Counted from the stretch's first letter, positions 15,144 to 21,812 are shown. The stretch is DNA of 32,000 bases from a virus (IMGVR_UViG_3300035670_013237:90001-122000); one strand, 5' to 3'. Notes: a model not told the origin generated them from the letters alone. Program-made: numbers and translations.

Positions 15144-16043
15144 ATGATTGACCTCTCACATGTCCCAGAGATACCAGGCTTGTCGGTCTTCTTACCGCAA
15201 GGCACAAGCGCCGATTCATGGCAAATCTGGAATAAGCCGCGTGGATTTGTCATGGTGTCGATTTACGCTATCGGGCCAGGTGGCGGTGGTGGGTCTGGAG
15301 CGCATGCACAGGCCACAAATAGCGGTGGCGGCGGTGGCGGCTCTGGCGGAATATCGCGTCTCACGATTCCAATCTTCATGCTGCCTGATTCACTTTATAT
15401 ACAAGTATCGCCAGGCGGAAGCGGCGGCACACCAGCGGTTAGCTCAGTCGGAACCGCAGGAAATGTCGCATTCACTCCCGTTGCGACCAAGGTCTCAATG
15501 GCCCCATCGACGACCTCGCAATATCTCTACCTCGAAGCAAACGCTGGCGATGGCGGCGGTGGCGGCGGGAATGGCGTCAACGGCACGGCAGGAGCTGCAG
15601 CGGCAATCGCTACGGTAAGGCCATTTGCTTTGCTCGGAGCGACATTTTTCATCGCCGGAAATGCTGGGGCTGTCGGTGGCTCGTCAATTACGCAAGGCAC
15701 GGCCAGCCAGATTTACGGCGGCGCGGGGGGAGGAGCTGACACAGGCATAAATGGAGGCGTGATAAACGCTCTTGCGAACACTCCGTTTACTGCTGTCCGT
15801 GCATCAAGCTCCTCTGCAGGGGTGACAGCCGCTAACGGATTCAGCTGGTCAACCATCTTCCCTGGCAAGATATACGGCGGCGCAGGTGGTGGCGGCTCAA
15901 CAGGCTCCGCAGCCATGGGTGGTGGCGCTGGTTGTGCATGGGGCGCGGGCGGTGGCGGCGGTGGAGGCGGTGGGGTCTCAAGTCCTAGCAGTGGAGCAGG
16001 CGGCGACGGCGGCCCCGGCTGCGTCATCATCACATGTTGGTGA
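15144..16043 (+). CDS. glycine-rich domain protein, paralogue 3 of 3
   Basis: 299 aa; same architecture; ends GGPGCVIITCW*. Confidence 0.8.
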   Translation: MIDLSHVPEIPGLSVFLPQGTSADSWQIWNKPRGFVMVSIYAIGPGGGGGSGAHAQATNSGGGGGGSGGISRLTIPIFMLPDSLYIQVSPGGSGGTPAVSSVGTAGNVAFTPVATKVSMAPSTTSQYLYLEANAGDGGGGGGNGVNGTAGAAAAIATVRPFALLGATFFIAGNAGAVGGSSITQGTASQIYGGAGGGADTGINGGVINALANTPFTAVRASSSSAGVTAANGFSWSTIFPGKIYGGAGGGGSTGSAAMGGGAGCAWGAGGGGGGGGGVSSPSSGAGGDGGPGCVIITCW

Positions 16044-16091
16044 CATCTCTCCGCCGGACGTAATAGTTATCTACGGCATACAGGGGACGAC

Positions 16092-16919
16092 ATGCAGATC
16101 ACGGTGGGACAGCTGAGGCGACTGATCAGGGAGATGGGTTTCGAAAAGAAAGCCGGCACCCTGACGATGGGGGGAGAGCTCCCACCAGAGGACGACGATC
16201 CGAAGCGGGTCCGCTCCGCCCACCGCGCGGTGAAGAAGTACTTCTCGTCCCGGGCGTGGGACCAGAAGGCCCGGGCACAGTGGAAGTTCCTCCGGACCCC
16301 CATCTGGGTCATCCCCACCTTCCTCCACACGGAGGACATCTACGCCCGGGTGTACCACGTCCCCTGGGCGGACGCCCTGCCCCACATCGAGGAGGCAGAC
16401 TTCGACCCGGGGGAGGTGCAGGCACACCTGGCGGCCGGGGGCACCGTGATGCTCGTGGGAGCCCGGAGCGTCTTCAAGGACTTCTGGCCCTCGCCCTGGA
16501 ACACCCTCCATGCCATCTTCGACGACGAGCACGAGCTCTCCCCCGAGCACGCGGCCCTCATCGAGGGCACGACGAACGTCCTCGAGGGCTGGATCGACAG
16601 GTTCATCGGTGACATGTACTACCTGACGCCCGCGATGACGATGAAGTCCGCCCGGGAGGGCAAGCTCCTGACCCTCCGGGACTGCTGCGCGGAGCTCCTG
16701 GCGCAGTCGGTCATCTCTCCCAGGGGGTGCGTCCTGAAGCCCTACGAGGCGGGGGACAAGACCATCAAGGGGTTCTCCGAAGAAGAACGGGTGGACATCA
16801 ACAAGAAGCTCGCACGGCTCCAGGACATCGTCAACGGAATGGACGCCCGGGGGAAGCTGGACCGCCTCTTCAGGGGGCACGTCGTGATGGTGAAGTCCAC
16901 GAACCTGCGGGGGGACTAG
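16092..16919 (+). CDS. hypothetical protein with N-terminal MQITVGQLRRLIRE leader
   Basis: 275 aa; nearly every third codon position is G/C in this frame; AGGGGA RBS; the antisense 269-aa ORF is judged an artefact. Confidence 0.7.
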   Translation: MQITVGQLRRLIREMGFEKKAGTLTMGGELPPEDDDPKRVRSAHRAVKKYFSSRAWDQKARAQWKFLRTPIWVIPTFLHTEDIYARVYHVPWADALPHIEEADFDPGEVQAHLAAGGTVMLVGARSVFKDFWPSPWNTLHAIFDDEHELSPEHAALIEGTTNVLEGWIDRFIGDMYYLTPAMTMKSAREGKLLTLRDCCAELLAQSVISPRGCVLKPYEAGDKTIKGFSEEERVDINKKLARLQDIVNGMDARGKLDRLFRGHVVMVKSTNLRGD

Positions 16920-16935
16920 TCGAGCTAGTACGTGC
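16911..16935 (+). repeat. 25-bp direct repeat, left copy (GGGGACTAGTCGAGCTAGTACGTGC)
   Basis: Identical to 20712-20736; includes the last two codons and the TAG stop of ORF 16092..16919; related degenerate copies at 17003-17024 and 17046-17071. Confidence 0.85.
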
Positions 16936-17503
16936 GCGTGCAGCGCTCACCCACGGGAGATAGGGGGAAGGGGAGGGGGCTGGGTCCCAAGGACGGCCCA
17001 GGCTAGTCGGACTAGTACGTGCACGCACACACGACACAGGGGACAAGTCGAGCTAGTACACGCACATGGGGCACGCATGTTAACTAGTATACCCGAGCGC
17101 AAGACGAAATGGAAAACCCACAGAACCACTCCACCCGCACCAGGGACTCCCCCGACTACCCGTACCTCAAGTACCTCCCACACCCCTCCTATAAGGACAC
17201 TGAAGCGCGCCCCCTGCACAGACTCTAGAGGAGAATACTAGAGAAGTACCCACGGACCCAACCACACAGCGCACCCACCCAGCACTCTACGGACGGACAG
17301 GGGGACTACAGGGGAGGATCCCACGCCCGCGGACCCAACAACTCCCACAGAATCAACCCGGCGGGCGGGGACAGGTGGACAAATATGATATCGCCCGCGC
17401 CCGGAGCGAGGCCTTCCCTCCCCCTCGGCGGACCACCCCGCGGGCCGGAGCGTGGATTTAATGGAGGATGTGGGGCGGGAGGGCTTAGTACACACTATTT
17501 GAT

Positions 17504-17529
17504 TGTTTCACTGTTTCACCGTGTTTCAC
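17504..17529 (+). repeat. three direct TGTTTCAC iterons
   Basis: TGTTTCAC at 17504-11, 17512-19 and 17522-29; an inverted copy GTGAAACA at 17605-12. Confidence 0.7.
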
Positions 17530-17650
17530 CGCCATCTCCTCGCCCGCAGCGCCACATCGACCCCCACGGAGGCACACTCCGCGCACACCAGTGCACACCG
17601 CACCGTGAAACATGCTGTTCCATTCCGGCACACTTCCGCCCATCGAGCAG

Positions 17651-17679
17651 TGCAAACCCGCTCCCGCCTGTGGTACACT
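17651..17679 (+). promoter_or_regulatory. two-box promoter-like element with no ORF behind it
   Basis: TGCAAA (17651-56) - 17 nt - TACACT (17674-79); the spacer is nearly identical to that of the 18016 copy; faces the repeat-rich ORF-poor stretch. Confidence 0.45.
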
Positions 17680-17708
17680 CGTCTCCATGGGGACCGCTCG
17701 CATCGAAA

Positions 17709-17738
17709 TTCTCTCCGCCCTAGGGGAAAGTGAGTCAC
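17709..17738 (+). repeat. composite palindromic motif, copy 1
   Basis: TTCTCTCCGCCCTAGGGGAAAGTGAGTCAC. Confidence 0.75.
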
Positions 17739-17799
17739 CCGCGCCCGCCGGCCTCTCGTGGGCATGAGAGTGGACTTCTGGGGGAGGGTCCTCCGCGCG

Positions 17800-17829
17800 T
17801 TCTCTCCGCCCTTAAGGGAAATGAGTCAC
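17800..17829 (+). repeat. composite palindromic motif, copy 2
   Basis: TTCTCTCCGCCCTTAAGGGAAATGAGTCAC. Confidence 0.75.
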
Positions 17830-17892
17830 TCCCATCCTCAACTCATCACCCGCACCCGGAGCGTGGTATTGTGCTCTTCGTCCCCCGGAGTT

Positions 17893-17923
17893 CGCGTCTC
17901 CGCCCCTGGGGCGAGTGAGTCAC
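17893..17923 (+). repeat. composite palindromic motif, copy 3
   Basis: CGCGTCTCCGCCCCTGGGGCGAGTGAGTCAC. Confidence 0.7.
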
Positions 17924-18015
17924 CCTCTGTCATTCCCCCACTTTTGCACTGAAAATTCGAACAAAATTGTGGGGAAGACCACAAGGACTCATTTTCGACA
18001 AATTTCTCCTGATGG

Positions 18016-18071
18016 TGCAAACCCACTCCCGCCCGTGGTACAAGGGACTCAGGTGGGGACGGTGCCCCGCC
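18016..18071 (+). promoter_or_regulatory. promoter/5'-hairpin cassette
   Basis: TGCAAA (18016-21) - 17 nt - TACAAG (18039-44); hairpin GGTGGGGAC/GTGCCCCGCC to 18071; then GAGGAG and GTG. Confidence 0.55.
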
Positions 18072-18084
18072 GAGGAGAGAGACC

Positions 18085-18441
18085 GTGCACTACGTCGCAG
18101 CATTCAATGAGACCCTCGTGGGTGACAAGAAGTTTAACGACGCCAAGACCCAACTCTGGAACATGGCACACAACCTGGACCGGCTACACAGTGAGTTGAC
18201 TGCGGCATCTGAGACGGTGGAACTTCGGTTCCGGCGGTTCCGGGAATCCTTGGGGGAGGGTCTGCTCCTTGATTCCCCATGGGCGTCTTCGGCCATGATG
18301 GACATGGCGGTGCGGAGGGAAGCATTCGAACAGACGTTGGCGTCCCTTCTCACTCTCGCCCGGATCACCTTGGGGCAGGAGGCGGTGAATGCGTTCCGCC
18401 GAGAGGTGGAGGCGCGGTTCGCTGGGCGCGGGGGCGCTTGA
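18085..18441 (+). CDS. hypothetical protein
   Basis: 118 aa; GTG start 7 nt after GAGGAG; preceded by promoter/hairpin cassette 18016-18071. Confidence 0.6.
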   Translation: MHYVAAFNETLVGDKKFNDAKTQLWNMAHNLDRLHSELTAASETVELRFRRFRESLGEGLLLDSPWASSAMMDMAVRREAFEQTLASLLTLARITLGQEAVNAFRREVEARFAGRGGA

Positions 18442-18443
18442 AA

Positions 18444-18473
18444 TTTTCTCCGCCCTTAAGGGAAGTGAGACAC
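18444..18473 (+). repeat. composite palindromic motif, copy 4
   Basis: TTTTCTCCGCCCTTAAGGGAAGTGAGACAC, starting 3 nt after the stop of ORF 18085..18441. Confidence 0.7.
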
Positions 18474-18489
18474 TTTTTTCCCCGGGCGG

Positions 18490-18545
18490 TGTAAAACGTG
18501 CACCCGGTGTGGTACAAAGAGATTGTGGGGAGTGGGTTCCCCGGA
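18490..18545 (+). promoter_or_regulatory. promoter/5'-hairpin cassette
   Basis: TGTAAA (18490-95) - 17 nt - TACAAA (18513-18); GGGGA/TCCCC hairpin; then GGAGGAG and the ATG at 18557. Confidence 0.5.
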
Positions 18546-18556
18546 GGAGAACGACG

Positions 18557-19102
18557 ATGGAAGAGGAGACCACCCTTGAGCAGGAGCTCGCCGCCGCGAT
18601 CGAGCGCACGACCCGAGCGAGCGGAGACGAGGTCATCATCACTTCCGCGCTCAATGGTGCGCTGGGGTCCGACCGGACTTCGCGGCGTCCGGACATCTCT
18701 GCGATGGAGGACGCATTCTCCCCTGAGGGGATCCCTCTCTTCGAGGTGGGCGGGCGGATCGTGATCGAGCGGTATGCGGTCACGATTCCTGGCCTGCCCT
18801 GGCTCGACACGCAGACCTACGTGGTCCAGGACGTCGATCCCCACTCAGGGGTGATGAAGCTCTGGAATCCCCACCTGCACCAGGCTGCTCTGTCCAACTT
18901 CAAGATGGGGCTGGAGTCGGGCTTCAAGTTTAAGCTCGCCCCCGTCCGTGGTGGCATCGGCAAGCGCAAGCGAGGTCGTCCTGCCAAGAACCCTCCCAAG
19001 TCTCCCGCGCCCGCTCCCACCCCGGGAGAAAAGCGCGGGCGCGGGCGTCCCAAGGGCAGCAAGAATCATGCGAAGGGTGGCTCCTCTACTCCCCGCTCTT
19101 AA
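18557..19102 (+). CDS. hypothetical protein with two C-terminal AT-hook-like RGRP motifs
   Basis: Start trimmed to the ATG at 18557 after GGAGGAG; C-terminus KRKRGRPAKNPPK...KRGRGRPKGSKN. Confidence 0.65.
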   Translation: MEEETTLEQELAAAIERTTRASGDEVIITSALNGALGSDRTSRRPDISAMEDAFSPEGIPLFEVGGRIVIERYAVTIPGLPWLDTQTYVVQDVDPHSGVMKLWNPHLHQAALSNFKMGLESGFKFKLAPVRGGIGKRKRGRPAKNPPKSPAPAPTPGEKRGRGRPKGSKNHAKGGSSTPRS

Positions 19103-19122
19103 CACACAAGGAAGGAAATAAC

Positions 19123-19338
19123 ATGAAGAACATCATCCTGAGTCTCTCCCCCGAGGAGGCAGCGATCCTCCTCTCCGCAGTCGACTACCAGCAGTACACC
19201 ATGCTAGAAGAATGGGGCATCGAGGACACCGTCCCGCCCGGCGTCCCCCCTGAAATCGTGGAGCATGTCGACGTCCTCGAGCACCTGGGCGAGACCCTCG
19301 CGAGCGTCCTGGGTGCCCTCGAGGACGAAGGGGTCTGA
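19123..19338 (+). CDS. hypothetical acidic small protein
   Basis: 71 aa; AAGGAAGGA RBS. Confidence 0.65.
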   Translation: MKNIILSLSPEEAAILLSAVDYQQYTMLEEWGIEDTVPPGVPPEIVEHVDVLEHLGETLASVLGALEDEGV

Positions 19339-19339
19339 C

Positions 19340-19714
19340 ATGGGTCCCACCCTCGTCACGATTGGCTCCGCGCCCCGGGGCGAGCCCACCATCACCGAGG
19401 GTGCACCCGATTGGGAGATGGTGAACAGGCTGGAGTGCCGGGTGTTCAGGGACGCCCTGCTCCGTGGAGTGGGACCTGAGCCTCCTGGGTGCTACCTCAC
19501 GATCCGCGGGGGCCGTGTCGTGGTGATCGTGGAAGAGGAGACGCCGGAGACGCAGCAGTACGTCCAGAACTTGGAGTCCGCCCGGACCACGTGGGATGGG
19601 AGAGCTTTGAAGCACCTGTTCAGGGGACTCCAGCGCATGGACCTGTTGGAGTGGGATCTGTCGAATGAAGAGCACGTCGATGCAGTGCGCCGGTGGTACG
19701 CGCGCAGGGGATAG
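19340..19714 (+). CDS. hypothetical protein
   Basis: Start trimmed to the ATG at 19340 (MGPTLV...), 1 nt after the upstream stop; GAAGGGG RBS. Confidence 0.6.
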   Translation: MGPTLVTIGSAPRGEPTITEGAPDWEMVNRLECRVFRDALLRGVGPEPPGCYLTIRGGRVVVIVEEETPETQQYVQNLESARTTWDGRALKHLFRGLQRMDLLEWDLSNEEHVDAVRRWYARRG

Positions 19715-19720
19715 TGTATA

Positions 19721-20191
19721 ATGTCGAGCATGAATCACAGCCTCACATGGAAGATGGACGGCCCCACCCGCGAGCGGTGCATCGACCTCCTAAAGAACAT
19801 CGACGAGCGCGTCACATCCCGGATCCGCCTCCTCCACGCCATGACCGCCGGAGAGATTGCAGGTGGCCTGTCCCACGCGGCGGCGTGCAGCCTGTGTCCA
19901 GATTATGTGGACAGCCGGAGCGCTCTGGAGCTCATTGGTTCCCTCATTAAAGAGTTCTTGCCTCCGGTCATCTATGAGGACGCTGACACAGGAGCGCTGA
20001 GCATCCAGCCCTACGCCTACGTGGAGGTGGAGTGCTCATGGTGCACGGACGAAGACCTGGAGGAGTCGCTCATCTGTCCCTGCTGTTATGGCGTGCGGAG
20101 GGTAACCAAGAAGGTGGTCCCGGTGGACCTACTAGTCCACGACACGATCGACGTGTTCGTCTGTAGAGAAGTATCCAACAAGAGGAGTTAA
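19721..20191 (+). CDS. hypothetical protein with C-terminal CxxC...CxxC cluster
   Basis: 156 aa; ECSWCTDEDLEESLICPCCYG; its N-terminus is paralogous to the next ORF. Confidence 0.65.
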   Translation: MSSMNHSLTWKMDGPTRERCIDLLKNIDERVTSRIRLLHAMTAGEIAGGLSHAAACSLCPDYVDSRSALELIGSLIKEFLPPVIYEDADTGALSIQPYAYVEVECSWCTDEDLEESLICPCCYGVRRVTKKVVPVDLLVHDTIDVFVCREVSNKRS

Positions 20192-20197
20192 CTAGTC

Positions 20198-20431
20198 ATG
20201 AGTAGTCACACGCGTAGCCTGCCCCCTCGTCCGTCGTCCTTGTCGCATGAGGAGTGTATCAAGCTCCTGGAGCGGATCCAAGAGATCTGCTTCCTCTCCG
20301 TCGAACTAGTCCATGACTCTTCACCTGTCCCCGCGTGGACTCCTGACAAGGTTGCTTCCCAGTCCGCCGCCATCGGTCGGGCCGTCGTAGGCGCTCTCCG
20401 GGAGGGAGGGTTGAGCCCCCATGGCGGCTGA
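20198..20431 (+). CDS. hypothetical protein (N-terminal paralogue of 19721..20191)
   Basis: 77 aa; AGAGGAG RBS; shared MSS..SL...(H/R)E(E/R)CI.LL..I.E segment. Confidence 0.6.
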   Translation: MSSHTRSLPPRPSSLSHEECIKLLERIQEICFLSVELVHDSSPVPAWTPDKVASQSAAIGRAVVGALREGGLSPHGG

Positions 20432-20720
20432 AGTCGGTGTGAAGCACGACGGTGGGAAGCCCGACTACTCCCTGGTGCCCTGGCATGCCCTTGACGAACT
20501 AGTGGAGGTGCTCACCTATGGCGCACGAAAGTACTCTCGGGACAACTGGCAGCACGTGGCACCCTTCAAGGAGCGCTACACGGCTGCCGCCTTTCGGCAC
20601 CTCGTCGCTTATTCCCGTGGAGAGACGGTCGATCCGGAGTCAGGGCTGCACCACCTGGCACACGCGGCCACCTGTCTCTTCTACATGATCGAGATGGACC
20701 TACGGGGAGCCGGGGACTAG
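20421..20720 (+). CDS. DUF5664-like protein (resembles the N-terminal domain of phage dATP/dGTP diphosphohydrolases)
   Basis: 99 aa; KHDGGKPDYSLVPWHALDELVEVLTYGARKYSRDNW ... RHL ... DPESGLHHLAHAA, a pattern I recall for this phage family; GGAGGGAGGG RBS. Confidence 0.6.
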   Translation: MAAEVGVKHDGGKPDYSLVPWHALDELVEVLTYGARKYSRDNWQHVAPFKERYTAAAFRHLVAYSRGETVDPESGLHHLAHAATCLFYMIEMDLRGAGD

Positions 20721-20736
20721 TCGAGCTAGTACGTGC
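20712..20736 (+). repeat. 25-bp direct repeat, right copy
   Basis: Identical to 16911-16935; includes the last two codons and the TAG stop of ORF 20421..20720. Confidence 0.85.
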
Positions 20737-20745
20737 ACATGGGGG

Positions 20746-20774
20746 TGTAAACCCACACGCGGGCGTGTTATATT
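20746..20774 (+). promoter_or_regulatory. two-box promoter-like element
   Basis: GGTGTAAACC: TGTAAA (20746-51) - 17 nt - TATATT (20769-74); an ACTAGT site and an AAGGGG RBS follow. Confidence 0.55.
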
Positions 20775-20797
20775 GAACTAGTAAGGGGTACTCTACC

Positions 20798-20959
20798 ATG
20801 AAGTACTGGTACATCTTCGACTACACACCCAGGGGCGAGCCCATCTGGCGCTCTGCGCAGGCTTATGGATTCCGCCGAAAGAACGGCATGGATCAAGTCT
20901 TCGTCCGGACTACTAGTGGCTTCTGCTGGATCTTCGCAACGCCTGTCAAGGAGGTATGA
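20798..20959 (+). CDS. hypothetical 53-aa protein (below the track cutoff)
   Basis: Hand translation: MKYWYIFDYTPRGEPIWRSAQAYGFRRKNGMDQVFVRTTSGFCWIFATPVKEV*; follows the promoter boxes at 20746-20774 and an AAGGGG RBS; its stop abuts the next ATG. Confidence 0.5.
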   Translation: MKYWYIFDYTPRGEPIWRSAQAYGFRRKNGMDQVFVRTTSGFCWIFATPVKEV

Positions 20960-21229
20960 ATGAATGACATGAACATACGGCTCCTCTTGGAGTCCTGGGG
21001 TGGCAGACCTGGAGAGAGGAGTGAGTTCCCTCTCTACGCCACTCACACCGGCACGACATTTCACATCATCAGGGGCGCCTCACACGAGGAGCGCCTCTCC
21101 CGGTACATCGACTGGGTAGAATCGTTGGGACTAGAGGAGGGAGAGTCGGCAGCACATGTCGAGTCTCTTCACACATGGTTGTCCAGGTGCGCCGCACACG
21201 GCCATCGGGTTCAGTTCGGTTGGGCATAA
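20960..21229 (+). CDS. hypothetical protein
   Basis: 89 aa; AAGGAGG RBS inside the upstream gene end. Confidence 0.65.
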   Translation: MNDMNIRLLLESWGGRPGERSEFPLYATHTGTTFHIIRGASHEERLSRYIDWVESLGLEEGESAAHVESLHTWLSRCAAHGHRVQFGWA

Positions 21230-21231
21230 GA

Positions 21232-21408
21232 ATGGTCATAGGAGACATCATCTCACTCCTGACGATGCGGTATGAATCGCACGTTCAGGCCATGAAGCAC
21301 CACGCAAACAACGGGGACTACGACCGGGCCGCGGACTCCAAGACCCGGGCGGGAGAAGTCTTTAACATTCTGCAAGACCTTAACAAATTTCGGGAGATAT
21401 CGACATGA
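21232..21408 (+). CDS. hypothetical 58-aa protein
   Basis: Start trimmed to the ATG at 21232 (MVIGDIISLL...), 2 nt after the upstream TAA. Confidence 0.5.
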   Translation: MVIGDIISLLTMRYESHVQAMKHHANNGDYDRAADSKTRAGEVFNILQDLNKFREIST

Positions 21409-21758
21409 AGCTCGAGACTGTGGACGGCACAAATTTTAATGAGTTCCTCTCTGCACCGGTCGCCTTCCTCATGGTGGGGAAGACAGATTGTCCAGCTTGC
21501 ATCAAGTGGACGGAGGAGCTGACTTCTTTCTTGGAGACCCAGGACATCCCAGGAGTCCGCTGGGGCAAGCTCGTCCTCGACGGCGGAGGCGTCACTGACT
21601 TCAAGCGCGCACACTCCGGCTGGCTCAAGGACATCTTCGAACTTCCCTACAACACTCTCTGGACCAACGGGACTCAAGTCAAGTCCTGGACAGGCAACAA
21701 CGTCGACCGTCTCACCACACGCCTCAACAATATCCTCGTGGCAACCCCTTCAAACTAA
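21405..21758 (+). CDS. thioredoxin-fold protein
   Basis: 117 aa; FLMVGKTDCPACIKW CxxC active-site-like motif at the position typical of thioredoxins; ATGA overlap. Confidence 0.55.
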   Translation: MKLETVDGTNFNEFLSAPVAFLMVGKTDCPACIKWTEELTSFLETQDIPGVRWGKLVLDGGGVTDFKRAHSGWLKDIFELPYNTLWTNGTQVKSWTGNNVDRLTTRLNNILVATPSN

Positions 21759-21771
21759 AGGGGGAGTCTAA

Positions 21772-21812
21772 CCACTCCAGCCATGCAGGACACCCTCGTT
21801 AGGCTGGAGTGG
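21772..21812 (+). other. 11-bp perfect inverted repeat (hairpin) after the thioredoxin-like gene
   Basis: CCACTCCAGCC (21772-82) / GGCTGGAGTGG (21802-12) with a 19-nt loop; no adjacent U-tract; a T7 run lies about 65 nt further on. Confidence 0.6.

Noticed and set aside
13403-16033. Proline-rich minus-strand ORFs (13403..13756, 14768..15034, 15713..16033) and other alternative-frame ORFs over the glycine-rich genes
   Set aside because: They are the antisense reading of GGN glycine codons (NCC = Pro). They have no RBS and no independent support. The plus-strand paralogues have conserved ends and junctions.
16071-16880. 269-aa minus-strand ORF antisense to 16092..16919
   Set aside because: In the plus frame nearly every third codon position is G/C, and the N-terminus matches a leader seen on two other proteins. 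Long open antisense frames are expected in GC3-saturated genes. The same reasoning applies to 28744..29751(-), 28197..29162(+), 18184..18810(-), 19133..19738(-), 27836..28471(-) and 29466..30140(-).
17385-17952. Plus-strand ORFs in the ORF-poor region (17385..17723, 17503..17733, 17730..17918, 17758..17952) and minus-strand ORFs there
   Set aside because: They are low-complexity Pro/Arg/Ser-rich translations with no RBS, they overlap each other in several frames, and the repeated motifs fall in different frames.
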